Shown: piece by piece, positions 8,354 through 16,266 of the stretch
Numbering within the stretch: position 1 is the first letter of the stretch
Layout of the letters: every line of letters begins with the position of its first letter
IMG/VR virus record: IMGVR_UViG_3300030419_006315
DNA length: 20,000 bases
Reading direction: 5' to 3' (one strand)
Source: an uncultured virus (IMG/VR IMGVR_UViG_3300030419_006315)
Lineage: Duplodnaviria; Heunggongvirae; Uroviricota; Caudoviricetes
The notes under the pieces: model-generated
Databases searched by the model: none
What the model saw: the letters and a program-made list of their open reading frames with translations, nothing else
Told to the model about the DNA's origin: nothing
Position numbers and translations under genes: made by a program

Positions 8354-8549
8354 AATAGGCGTTGGCGATTTGGTTATCATAACCAATCAGCGCAGCAACC
8401 CACCACAGCAATGGGTGTGGGATGCACACAAAAACCAGACGCCTCTTTTGGTTGTAGAGAGGGGCAGCGATGATCCATGGGCATGGCTCTGCGTACTTTA
8501 TGGAGATGAAAAACGCTGGATTGAGCCGCGACATTTGAAGGTATTATGA
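8331..8549 (+). CDS. Small KOW/SH3-like protein
   Basis: IGVGDLVII...CVLYG...HLKVL. Confidence 0.7.
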   Translation: MSKKKNYEIGVGDLVIITNQRSNPPQQWVWDAHKNQTPLLVVERGSDDPWAWLCVLYGDEKRWIEPRHLKVL

Positions 8550-8815
8550 TTTTCATTTACATCTTGTTTGTTTTTGCGTTATTATTGATTATATTACAGT
8601 ATTTTACAAATTTACACGATATGAAAAGAGGAAGTCTAGTTATAGTAAGAGATGAAACGGGCAAGCCCGTTGGTCGTGGGGTCTACATGGGCGCAAGCGA
8701 CAAGTGGGGCGTTTTCCATGAAGTTTATATGGACGGCGAATTGAAAGTATTTGATGAGCCCTATTTTACAATAGAGGATGTGAGCGAAATTGAAAGTCGG
8801 CGACTTGGTGGTTGA
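8546..8815 (+). CDS. TM-anchored KOW/SH3-like protein
   Basis: N-terminal hydrophobic helix fused to MKRGSLV...GVYMG...MDGELKVFDEPY domain. Confidence 0.65.
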   Translation: MIFIYILFVFALLLIILQYFTNLHDMKRGSLVIVRDETGKPVGRGVYMGASDKWGVFHEVYMDGELKVFDEPYFTIEDVSEIESRRLGG

Positions 8816-8969
8816 CAAAGAGACGTTACGTCAGGGCATTGTTCTGGAGGTAGACGGAAGGTATGTTTCCGTTGCATGGAACGGTGAGGGCGTAATACGC
8901 TATCACAGAAACCTCGATGCATATTTCTTATCCACGATCAAAGTTATTAGCAGCCATGGCAGTCGGTGA
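8790..8969 (+). CDS. Small KOW/SH3-like protein (59 aa, not in ORF track)
   Basis: TTG start; MKVGDLVVDKETLRQGIVLEVDGRYVSVAWNG...IKVISSHGSR*. Confidence 0.75.
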   Translation: MKVGDLVVDKETLRQGIVLEVDGRYVSVAWNGEGVIRYHRNLDAYFLSTIKVISSHGSR

Positions 8970-9156
8970 TATGATTCGTGCTGTTATTGGCCCCCGTGAA
9001 GGACAGGTCGGCATAATCGTTGCAGAAAACCATTCCCCCGACGTTGCCCGCTACTGGTATGCAACGTGCGACATCTTATGGGCAGATGGCACCACAGAAA
9101 CCTACGTAGGTAAACGATTTTTAGAGGTTATCAATTCAGTCGAAGAAAATTCTTGA
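8956..9156 (+). CDS. Small KOW/SH3-like protein
   Basis: MAVGDMIR...VGIIV...CDILWADG...LEVIN; 14-nt overlap with upstream gene. Confidence 0.75.
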   Translation: MAVGDMIRAVIGPREGQVGIIVAENHSPDVARYWYATCDILWADGTTETYVGKRFLEVINSVEENS

Positions 9157-9181
9157 CAAACCGCTCATGCCCTGATACACT
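9153..9181 (+). promoter_or_regulatory. Sigma70 promoter, leaderless
   Basis: TTGACA-N17-TACACT with TG extension; ATG 6 nt downstream. Confidence 0.75.
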
Positions 9182-9187
9182 GTATGT

Positions 9188-9286
9188 ATGAAAGTCGGAG
9201 ATTTAGTAGAACCCAAACACAAAAGGTTTACACCCAGGCCCAGGCGGGGTAGTTTTGTCATGGAGCTAATCAGTGAAAGTCGGTGA
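9188..9286 (+). CDS. 32-aa internally shortened member of the GDLV family
   Basis: MKVGDLVEPKHKRFTPRPRRGSFVMELISESR*; may be a remnant. Confidence 0.55.
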   Translation: MKVGDLVEPKHKRFTPRPRRGSFVMELISESR

Positions 9287-9446
9287 TTTGGTAAAGTTTT
9301 ATCTTACTGGCGCTTTTTGCATCTACATGGGTATCGACAATGCAAAAGACTGCTATGTTTTCTACAGTGCTGACTATGGAAATGTAGAGTTGTGGCGTGA
9401 ACATTATACGCCCGATGATTGGGAGGTAATCAGTGAAAGTCGGTGA
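9273..9446 (+). CDS. Small KOW/SH3-like protein (57 aa, not in ORF track)
   Basis: GTG start; MKVGDLVKFYLTGAFCIYMG...DWEVISESR*. Confidence 0.75.
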   Translation: MKVGDLVKFYLTGAFCIYMGIDNAKDCYVFYSADYGNVELWREHYTPDDWEVISESR

Positions 9447-9678
9447 TTTAGTTTGGCGTCTGTGGCATACTCCACCCATCCACGGCGGGGAGGTGTTGAA
9501 AGAAGAGGATCGACCAGTGGGAATTATTATCCATGCGTTTGACAACCACAATAACAAGTTAGAAAACAGGATGTATAGCGTCAAATTTCAGGGAGAAGAA
9601 ACAACCACTTATGTACGCCAAGGGCAAATTGAGCCACTCCCTGGCCTCAAAGGAAGTATTGTAAATGAAACCATCTGA
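9433..9678 (+). CDS. Small KOW/SH3-like protein
   Basis: GGAGGT RBS; MKVGDLVW...VGIII...YSVKF. Confidence 0.75.
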   Translation: MKVGDLVWRLWHTPPIHGGEVLKEEDRPVGIIIHAFDNHNNKLENRMYSVKFQGEETTTYVRQGQIEPLPGLKGSIVNETI

Positions 9679-9880
9679 AAAAAGTAAATCAATCGCAGAG
9701 CTTCTGCAAGAGATGGCAAGGCGTGAAGCGCACATCCTTGCAAACACTTGTGTTCAGCCACCCATGGGATGCGGCAATCCCGTGGACGCTGCCGAGTTTC
9801 TCGACGAGGCATCAAAAAAAGAATTTACAATTAGTGGCCTCTGTCAAGAATGTCAAAACAATTTCTTCTTAGAAGAATAA
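9665..9880 (+). CDS. Small putative Zn-binding protein
   Basis: CVQPPMGC and ISGLCQECQ motifs. Confidence 0.65.
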   Translation: MKPSEKSKSIAELLQEMARREAHILANTCVQPPMGCGNPVDAAEFLDEASKKEFTISGLCQECQNNFFLEE

Positions 9881-9887
9881 AAACTTC

Positions 9888-9916
9888 TTGACTTTTGTTT
9901 CACCCTTTGCTACTAT
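9888..9916 (+). promoter_or_regulatory. Sigma70 promoter, leaderless
   Basis: TTGACT-N17-TACTAT with TG extension; ATG 7 nt downstream. Confidence 0.75.
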
Positions 9917-9923
9917 AAGAAAT

Positions 9924-10142
9924 ATGACAGAATTACAACCAGGCGATTTAGTGAAAGTGATGTCGGCCCCATGGGGCGGATTGACTAACGACATCCGTCA
10001 ATTTTCAGTGATGGGGGTGTATGTCCGTGCGGTCGATGACTGGAAGACATGGTATGAATTTCTAGTCGATGGGCAGCTTCAAAAGTTTGACCGCCCTTAT
10101 TATGACTTTGAGGTGCTACAGCGTGCAAGTGAAAGTCGGTGA
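9924..10142 (+). CDS. Small KOW/SH3-like protein
   Basis: LQPGDLVKV...GVYVR...VDGQLQKFDRPY...ASESR*. Confidence 0.75.
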   Translation: MTELQPGDLVKVMSAPWGGLTNDIRQFSVMGVYVRAVDDWKTWYEFLVDGQLQKFDRPYYDFEVLQRASESR

Positions 10143-10323
10143 TCTGGTGATAAGCACTTTTGCCCATCGCAATAGTACGGATGGCCTGGGTTTGGTGTTG
10201 AGCCTAACCACCCTGACCCTTACAAAGCAAAAAGAACACTACGCCCGTGTTTGCTGGTCAAACGGATGGATCAACACTGCTAACTTTCGTACCTTGAAGG
10301 TGGTGAGTAGTGCAAGTCGGTGA
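10129..10323 (+). CDS. Small KOW/SH3-like protein
   Basis: GTG start in 14-nt overlap; MKVGDLV...LGLVL...ARVCWSNG...LKVVSSASR*. Confidence 0.75.
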   Translation: MKVGDLVISTFAHRNSTDGLGLVLSLTTLTLTKQKEHYARVCWSNGWINTANFRTLKVVSSASR

Positions 10324-10681
10324 TTTAGTTACACTTTCTGCTGCTGGAAAGAAGATAGAAGAAATCCGCTTGACCCATCGTCGATGGTTCAAAGCAAACG
10401 CCTCCAGGTATGGGCGGATGACAAAAGCAGAACAAATAAGCTGGCTGGATTATTGGGAAAACGACAAGATGCTGGGAATGATTCAGCGTGTTGAAAAGAA
10501 ATATCGACGCCTTTGGAATTATGAAGAAGGCCGCTGGGAAGTGCCTGAAGACACTGAAAAACTTGGTATTCCTCCCAAAGTTTTTTATTATGTTCGATGG
10601 TTCGCCAATGGCAGAAACAAACAAACCAAGCAATTACGGCAACATATAAAATATGTTTCAAAAGTGAAAAAAACTTCTTGA
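10310..10681 (+). CDS. KOW/SH3-like protein with long insertions
   Basis: MQVGDLVTL...LGMIQRV...YYVRWF; 14-nt overlap. Confidence 0.75.
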   Translation: MQVGDLVTLSAAGKKIEEIRLTHRRWFKANASRYGRMTKAEQISWLDYWENDKMLGMIQRVEKKYRRLWNYEEGRWEVPEDTEKLGIPPKVFYYVRWFANGRNKQTKQLRQHIKYVSKVKKTS

Positions 10682-10736
10682 CTTTCTCGAAACCGTTTGA
10701 TACACTACTTGTAGATGATGAGGAAAAGGAGATAAG
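10678..10736 (+). promoter_or_regulatory. Sigma70 promoter + RBS
   Basis: TTGACT-N17-TACACT with TG extension; AAGGAG before ATG 10737. Confidence 0.75.
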
Positions 10737-11318
10737 ATGTCGTTAGCGCAAAATGTCCACCGCATGGTGAATCGTGAATTGAACGCCTTGGCGCAAATAC
10801 GCTTCATTGATGAAGATACGCAAGTGGCTCTCGCCCAACACCCTTATCTGCGAGCCCGTAAAAAACTAGCGGGCAATTCAGGGCTCTGCGACCGAGCTAG
10901 GGATATCTTACTGAATGGGAAGGCTTTGAGCGTAAAACTTGAATTGATGCTCGCCGGTCACATCAACGAAGACCAGGACGCTATCCGTGATCTCTACTAC
11001 GCTATGCGGCGCCGGGGGATGATAACACGATGGAGCGGCTGGCGGATGAACATGTTTGTGTCTGGAGCCCATTGGCACAAGGGGGGCATCCCCAACACAC
11101 CGCCCGAGGTCGTGGAAGAAATCTTTGAGGCGTCGATGAGTATAATGGAAGATGGTCACAACTATTATGCCAGCCCGTATGCAGTAATCAAAGCCGTCGT
11201 CCACCCTAACTCCACTCTCTCCATGGCTATCCGTGCATCGCAACATAAAGATGCTGAAATTCGTAGAGCCGGATTCGAGCGCCTAGTGGCAATCGAAAAG
11301 GCGAAAGATAGCAAGTAG
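10737..11318 (+). CDS. Hypothetical helical protein
   Basis: Strong RBS; LAQHP, LAGN, VVHPNS segments loosely resemble helical repeats. Confidence 0.75.
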   Translation: MSLAQNVHRMVNRELNALAQIRFIDEDTQVALAQHPYLRARKKLAGNSGLCDRARDILLNGKALSVKLELMLAGHINEDQDAIRDLYYAMRRRGMITRWSGWRMNMFVSGAHWHKGGIPNTPPEVVEEIFEASMSIMEDGHNYYASPYAVIKAVVHPNSTLSMAIRASQHKDAEIRRAGFERLVAIEKAKDSK

Positions 11319-11409
11319 TTAGAAAATAGTTTAGATTTTCTGCATTTTATTGTTGACTTTCCCCTGAGCCTTTGATACTATATAAAGACAGTCAAGGAAG
11401 GAGTTACAC
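11307..11409 (+). repeat. Dyad-promoter-RBS module (left half-site only)
   Basis: TTGACT(11353)-N17-TACTAT; 11370-11403 identical over 34 bp to 12649-12682. Confidence 0.85.
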
Positions 11410-11787
11410 ATGGGTTATCGTTCGCAAGTAGTTCTCGCCGTTGGTAAGGAAGTCATGCCAGGTTTTATGGCAGCACTTTCCAAAAGTAAGCATGCGATTG
11501 ACTTGGTTTTCAAAGAGCATGACACGCTTGTGAAAGATTACCAGGGCGATGGCAATATCTTGGTGACGTGGGATTCTCTCAAGTGGTACGACTCCTTCGA
11601 GGAAATCAATGCCATCGAAGCCTTCCTCGATGATCCCGAGAGTTTTTTAGGGGAGGAGCCTTTAGAGGGCGACACCTGCCCATGGGATTGTTTCAAGTTT
11701 GTCAGAGTAGGGGAGGAACCCAACGACGTAGAAGTCAAGGGCGATGGGTTTTATGACATCTATGTTGAACGGAGCATTGCATACTAA
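11410..11787 (+). CDS. Acidic phage hypothetical protein
   Basis: AAGGAG RBS; MGYRSQV...W..LKWY...FVRVGEE..D. Confidence 0.8.
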   Translation: MGYRSQVVLAVGKEVMPGFMAALSKSKHAIDLVFKEHDTLVKDYQGDGNILVTWDSLKWYDSFEEINAIEAFLDDPESFLGEEPLEGDTCPWDCFKFVRVGEEPNDVEVKGDGFYDIYVERSIAY

Positions 11788-11996
11788 TGGAATTTCAAGT
11801 CGGCGATTTAGTGCGAACAACTTACAAAAACTTTCTGATTCCCAAGGGCTCCCTGGGGTTTGTAACCGAGGTTCTGATGTATGGCGATTGTGGCTCGCCC
11901 TACCCGGTCATGACGGTTCGTATGTTTGGAGATGATAACGAATTGCGCCGGTATAGTCGGACGGACTTGGAGACGGTCAGTGCAGCAAAACAATAA
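11787..11996 (+). CDS. Small KOW/SH3-like protein
   Basis: TAATG coupling; FQVGDLVR...LGFVTEV...DLETVS. Confidence 0.75.
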   Translation: MEFQVGDLVRTTYKNFLIPKGSLGFVTEVLMYGDCGSPYPVMTVRMFGDDNELRRYSRTDLETVSAAKQ

Positions 11997-12056
11997 GAAC
12001 ATAAAAGCAATGATTTCAACATGATAGAGACTGTTTCAATTAGTGCAATTTTTTTG

Positions 12057-12085
12057 TTGACTCTCACCATTATCTTTGATACCAT
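12057..12085 (+). promoter_or_regulatory. Sigma70 promoter
   Basis: TTGACT-N17-TACCAT with TG extension; AAAGGA before ATG 12109. Confidence 0.7.
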
Positions 12086-12108
12086 GTATAAGTAAACAAA
12101 GGAATGTT

Positions 12109-12381
12109 ATGAACCTTCCCCCAAGCATCCTTAGACTATCCGGCAAGACCTACGTCGGCAACGGCGAGCTTCATGAGGTTCATGATGATATCACCATGGA
12201 GGAAGCACTGGCCATGTTTCCCCCCGACAAGTTTGAGGAAGGGGAAACCTTCCAGTTCACAAGCTCCAAGGGCGACCGTACTTATACAGTCGCGGTTCGA
12301 GATGGCTCATACACCTGCACTTGTCCAGGGTTCGGCTTTCGTCGCAAGTGCAAGCATGTTGACCAAGTAAAAAACCAATGA
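12109..12381 (+). CDS. SWIM zinc-finger protein
   Basis: SS.G..TYTV......CTCPGF..R.KCKH (CxC-xn-CxH). Confidence 0.8.
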   Translation: MNLPPSILRLSGKTYVGNGELHEVHDDITMEEALAMFPPDKFEEGETFQFTSSKGDRTYTVAVRDGSYTCTCPGFGFRRKCKHVDQVKNQ

Positions 12382-12590
12382 TATCGAAAGGTTGCCTGGT
12401 CAAGTACACAGACCCTCCACAACACCCCCATGGGGATGGGACTTATTGTATACCTGATCCAGTTATGTTAGTGTTATCAGATACTTATACTAGCATTGCT
12501 GGATATCAAGTGGTGGATGTAATCGACCAACAATCCGGCGAAACCGCCACGCTTTGCATAAGAGATTTACAAACCATTTCAATCACTTAG
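12378..12590 (+). CDS. Small KOW/SH3-like protein (MISKGCLV subtype)
   Basis: ATGA overlap; paralogous to 13099..13305. Confidence 0.7.
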   Translation: MISKGCLVKYTDPPQHPHGDGTYCIPDPVMLVLSDTYTSIAGYQVVDVIDQQSGETATLCIRDLQTISIT

Positions 12591-12690
12591 AAAATAGTTT
12601 GCAAACATATGATTTTATTGAAGAAAATAATTTGACTTCTCGCCATATCTTTGATACTATATAAAGACAGTCAAGGAAGGAGCTAAAGAG
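12575..12690 (+). repeat. Dyad-promoter-RBS module
   Basis: TTTCAATCACTTAGAAA-ATAG-TTTG...; TTGACT(12632)-N17-TACTAT; AAGGAG. Confidence 0.85.
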
Positions 12691-12873
12691 ATGAAAGTCG
12701 GTGATTTGGTTAGATATATCCGGTCAACGGCCGGTGGCCCGGAAAGAACCTATCTAGGCGTGGTGATGTCTATCAATCCTGGCTGGGCGCGCTTTACGAT
12801 GGTAAAGTGGATGGATGGAACATGCTCATCAGTCGAAGGCGAATACTTGGAAACGGTGGCAACCCATGGATAA
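12691..12873 (+). CDS. Small KOW/SH3-like protein
   Basis: MKVGDLVRY...LGVVM...MVKWMDG...LETV. Confidence 0.8.
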   Translation: MKVGDLVRYIRSTAGGPERTYLGVVMSINPGWARFTMVKWMDGTCSSVEGEYLETVATHG

Positions 12874-13102
12874 TACTCTGATTCCCGTTGGCTCAATAGT
12901 GAAGATGAAAAACTTTGTTAGAACAGTGGATGGTCGAGGCCGATGGGAGTTCGGGCTAATTCTCCGCTCCTACCTCCATGGGTCAGTAATGGCGGGCAAG
13001 CCAGTGCAAGCCGTTGATATTCTTTGGGATGTTGGTGATGTCGATGAGTGCTATTGTTTGGGGAATCTCGAACCTGACTCTTATGAGGTAATTGCCCCAT
13101 GA
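12866..13102 (+). CDS. Small KOW/SH3-like protein
   Basis: IPVGSIVKM...FGLIL...VDILWD...YEVI. Confidence 0.7.
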   Translation: MDNTLIPVGSIVKMKNFVRTVDGRGRWEFGLILRSYLHGSVMAGKPVQAVDILWDVGDVDECYCLGNLEPDSYEVIAP

Positions 13103-13305
13103 TTTCAAAGGGTTGTCTAGTCACTCCAGACTTCGATAGCCTATGGGGCAGTGCCGACCAAGGAATTTACCTAACATTATCAGACCCTTATATGTATTAT
13201 GCCCTCGACAAAGATGTAAAAGATATGGAAGTGGTTGATATTCTTTACAATGGGCAAGTGCGTCAGGCAGCTACAAGTGTTTTGCGAGTGATATCAGTGG
13301 ATTAG
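13099..13305 (+). CDS. Small KOW/SH3-like protein (MISKGCLV subtype)
   Basis: GAGGT RBS, ATGA overlap; LSDPY...EVVDILYNG...LRVIS. Confidence 0.7.
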   Translation: MISKGCLVTPDFDSLWGSADQGIYLTLSDPYMYYALDKDVKDMEVVDILYNGQVRQAATSVLRVISVD

Positions 13306-13404
13306 AAAATACTTTGTAAGTCACTGTTTTCATACAAGAAAATAAGTTGACAAACCCTTCAACCTTTGATACTATATATAAAGACAGTGAGGGAAAGGAA
13401 AACG
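13290..13404 (+). repeat. Dyad-promoter-RBS module
   Basis: CAGTGGATTAGAAA-ATAC-TTTGTAAGTCACTG; TTGACA(13347)-N17-TACTAT; ATATAAAGACAGTGAGGGAAAGG. Confidence 0.9.
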
Positions 13405-14073
13405 ATGAGCTATTACCGAAAGCGACGCAACTACTCTCAAGCTACTGAAAAACGCCCAGAATTGACAGACCCCGCCCTCTTGGAGCGGATCACTGCCCTG
13501 GGTTCCAATCCTCATACGGATGACTGGACCCGCGGATTTTGTGAATCCATCGCAGAAGGTTTCAAAAAGTACAACGGGTTGACCGAAGGTCAATATCGCA
13601 CATTCATTCAAAAGGAAGCGCAAAACAATCCTGACGAGATTGCCAAACGTGAGGACTGGCGCAAAAACTACAGTGACGAGATGCGTGAAGACGCCCGCAT
13701 CGTCGCCCGCTACTACCTGGCTAACCCTCCGTATTTTGGCGACCTTGCTCGCCGGGTGTTGGTTGAGGATGATTTTATCCCCACCCAGAAGGCTTACCGC
13801 TCCATGGTGAATAACAAGTATGCTCAAAAGGTTTTGAAGGTTTCACGCAATTCGCCCTCATTCGCCAACGGGTCCATGGTTCTCCCCCGAGCTTCTGCGC
13901 CATGGGCGATAAAGAGGAAAATGCAAAAGGGCGCAATCATCATCGAGCCCAATTCTGGACCTATTGTCTCCGCAGCTAGAGGGGCCAACATTTACACCGT
14001 GTTGCCAGTCGGATGTGCGGAAACCTTGAAGGTTCAAGAAAGGTGGATCAAAAAAGCCCGTAAAATCAAGTAG
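13405..14073 (+). CDS. Basic hypothetical protein
   Basis: ATG after module RBS; 222 aa; C-terminus (FANGSMV...IIIE...YTVL) may be a further SH3-like barrel. Confidence 0.8.
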   Translation: MSYYRKRRNYSQATEKRPELTDPALLERITALGSNPHTDDWTRGFCESIAEGFKKYNGLTEGQYRTFIQKEAQNNPDEIAKREDWRKNYSDEMREDARIVARYYLANPPYFGDLARRVLVEDDFIPTQKAYRSMVNNKYAQKVLKVSRNSPSFANGSMVLPRASAPWAIKRKMQKGAIIIEPNSGPIVSAARGANIYTVLPVGCAETLKVQERWIKKARKIK

Positions 14074-14180
14074 TTAGAAAATACTTTGTAAGTGGCTGAT
14101 ATTGTTGTTGAAACTAAGTTGACAAATCCTCCAACCTTTGATATTATATATAAAGACAGTGAGGAAAGGGAGGCGCAAAG
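14062..14180 (+). repeat. Dyad-promoter-RBS module
   Basis: ATCAAGTAGTTAGAAA-ATAC-TTTGTAAGTGGCTGAT; TTGACA(14119)-N17-TATTAT; GGGAGG. Confidence 0.9.
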
Positions 14181-14951
14181 ATGAGTTACAACGGAACAGT
14201 AAGATGCGGATATTGCGGGGGCGAAGGGCACAATCGGCGTTCGTGTGAGGACTTGAGGGAGTATGCGGAAAATAATCCCGATAGCTGGACGGCTCGCCAG
14301 TACAAGAGACGAAAGGAAGCGGCCAGCGCCCGATCCCAGAATCGCCGCTGTAGCTTTTGCGGTAAGAGCGGCCACAATCGCCGGTCCTGCCAGTCCTTGA
14401 AGATTTACCGTGATGACCTTATCGAAAAAGAGGTTGCATGGCGGCGACAGGTTATCGGCGGCATCAAAGAAAGAGGTCTGGGGATCGGTGCCCTTGTGCG
14501 CTACAACGGTCAGCATAGAAATTTCAGGGTTGGTGATAACAAAGAGCGCACCATCAGCGACCCGGTGTATATGGTGGTGGGGTTGGTGGAGTTTAGCACC
14601 ATGGGCGATCACGCCTTCAACCACTGGCAAGCTGCCGTTGGCCGAAGTCAAGCGCCCTTGAAGATCCAGGCGACTTATCTGCCCATGAGTGACCGCCATG
14701 GCGTCCAGCATGAGTATCTGCCCCGTGACTTGAGCCACCGAGGCGAATCTCCCTTGAAGGTCCAGGGCGAAGATTACGGCGAACATTGGTATACGCCGGG
14801 AACAGGCTTTGAGCTAGTGGGTCCATCTCATTCCATGGATATTGACTCGGTGCGTCCCGAGTTCTTCACAAAAGAGGTCGAGATGGTTGTCAATCATTAT
14901 CTGAAGGAGAAGCAAAGCGATGATTATTATGAAAACCGATACCAAAGTTAG
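14181..14951 (+). CDS. Protein with two CCHC zinc knuckles
   Basis: CGYCGGEGHNRRSC and CSFCGKSGHNRRSC (CX2CX4HX4C). Confidence 0.85.
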   Translation: MSYNGTVRCGYCGGEGHNRRSCEDLREYAENNPDSWTARQYKRRKEAASARSQNRRCSFCGKSGHNRRSCQSLKIYRDDLIEKEVAWRRQVIGGIKERGLGIGALVRYNGQHRNFRVGDNKERTISDPVYMVVGLVEFSTMGDHAFNHWQAAVGRSQAPLKIQATYLPMSDRHGVQHEYLPRDLSHRGESPLKVQGEDYGEHWYTPGTGFELVGPSHSMDIDSVRPEFFTKEVEMVVNHYLKEKQSDDYYENRYQS

Positions 14952-14956
14952 TGAAT

Positions 14957-15086
14957 GATATCAGCAGCTTAGAAACTATTTTGTAACCTGCTGAGATTGT
15001 TAGAGAAATTTAGTTGACAAAACTCTCAACCTTTGATACTATATATAAAGAAGGTGAGGGAAACAACAAGCAAAGGATAAAGCAGA
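14957..15086 (+). repeat. Dyad-promoter-RBS module
   Basis: TCAGCAGCTTAGAAA-CTAT-TTTGTAACCTGCTGA; TTGACA(15014)-N17-TACTAT. Confidence 0.9.
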
Positions 15087-16145
15087 ATGGCTATCGACTT
15101 CAAAACATTCACTACCATCGCACCCCACGTCATCGCCACACGCAAGCCTATCTTGCTGCGCGGTCGCCATGGCATTGGCAAGTCTCAAGTCGTATATCAG
15201 ACCGCTGCTAACCTGGAGCTACCTGTCGTCGAGCGCCGAGCGTCTCAGATGACTGAAGGCGACTTGGTTGGCCTTCCCAAGACGGACGGCGAAGTGACTT
15301 CTTTCTGCCCGCCTGATTGGTACAAAGAAGCATGCGACAACCCGGTCGCTCTCTTTCTCGATGAGGTTGACCGGGCGACCACGGAAGTCCGTCAGGGCAT
15401 CTTCGAGCTTACCGATTCTCGCAAGCTCAACGGTCATCACCTTCACCCTGATACCATTATCTTTGCTGCCGTCAATGGCGGCGAGCATGAGGGTGCGGCA
15501 TCCTATCAGGTTGGCGAGATGGACCCCGCCGAACTGGACCGCTGGACCGTGTTTGATGTCGAGCCCTCCGTCGAGGATTGGCTGGCATGGGCCAAGGCTT
15601 CTGTCAACCCCGTTGTTTGGGACTTCATCAACAATAACCGCAATCACCTGGAGCATATGGGCGACTTTGAGCCCAACAAGGTTTATCCTTCCCGTCGCTC
15701 TTGGGATCGCTTCAATGAGTGTGCGGATTCCGCTGGGCTCTTGGAGCAGGCAACCCCCGAGCTTTTTTCGCTCGCCGGTGCTTTCGTCGGTTTCGAGGCC
15801 GCTGTCGCTTTCAACGATTTTGTCCAGAATTATGAGCGTCAGGTTACGGTCGCTGACATCCTCGACCATGGCCGGGTTGATAAGACTTCCGACTTCTCTA
15901 TCAATGAGCACTCCGCCCTTGTCGAGAAAATGGAAGCATCCGAGGTTTTCGCTGCCGAGCTTGAAGAGGGACAGATCACCAACCTCGCCTCTTACTTCCT
16001 CACGCTTCCTAGCGAGGTAGCAATGAAATTGTGGACCGTGCTAGGGACTGGCGACACCGCCAACACCATCAAGCTCCATCAGGCGCAAGTCGATGGCCAG
16101 TCCGTTTCGGGCTATCTCGTTGAGCTTCTCACTGGCAAAGAATAA
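15087..16145 (+). CDS. MoxR/AAA_5-type AAA+ ATPase
   Basis: Walker A GRHGIGKS, Walker B LFLDE, AAVN sensor, MDPAELDRW arginine finger, PSRRSW. Confidence 0.9.
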   Translation: MAIDFKTFTTIAPHVIATRKPILLRGRHGIGKSQVVYQTAANLELPVVERRASQMTEGDLVGLPKTDGEVTSFCPPDWYKEACDNPVALFLDEVDRATTEVRQGIFELTDSRKLNGHHLHPDTIIFAAVNGGEHEGAASYQVGEMDPAELDRWTVFDVEPSVEDWLAWAKASVNPVVWDFINNNRNHLEHMGDFEPNKVYPSRRSWDRFNECADSAGLLEQATPELFSLAGAFVGFEAAVAFNDFVQNYERQVTVADILDHGRVDKTSDFSINEHSALVEKMEASEVFAAELEEGQITNLASYFLTLPSEVAMKLWTVLGTGDTANTIKLHQAQVDGQSVSGYLVELLTGKE

Positions 16146-16152
16146 AAGGAGC

Positions 16153-16266
16153 AATAACAGGGACTTGCAAAATAGTTTGTAAGTCCCTGTTATCCTTTGT
16201 GAAACGAAGTTGACAAATTCTCCAACCTTTGATACTATATATAAAGACAGTGAGGGAAGGAAAGAG
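16153..16266 (+). repeat. Dyad-promoter-RBS module
   Basis: 18-bp arms ATAACAGGGACTTGCAAA-ATAG-TTTGTAAGTCCCTGTTAT (one G.T); TTGACA(16210)-N17-TACTAT. Confidence 0.9.

Noticed and set aside
9267..10330. Junction repeats as a CRISPR array
   Set aside because: Intervals are 160 bp or more, irregular and protein-coding; no cas genes in the window
6907..13305. Diversity-generating retroelement behind the variable proteins
   Set aside because: No reverse transcriptase and no TR/VR pair with adenine-specific differences seen
9888..16266. Track starts at 9888, 12076, 13366, 15014 and 16210
   Set aside because: These TTG codons are part of promoter -35 or extended -10 elements; real starts lie downstream and 15014..15211 is probably spurious
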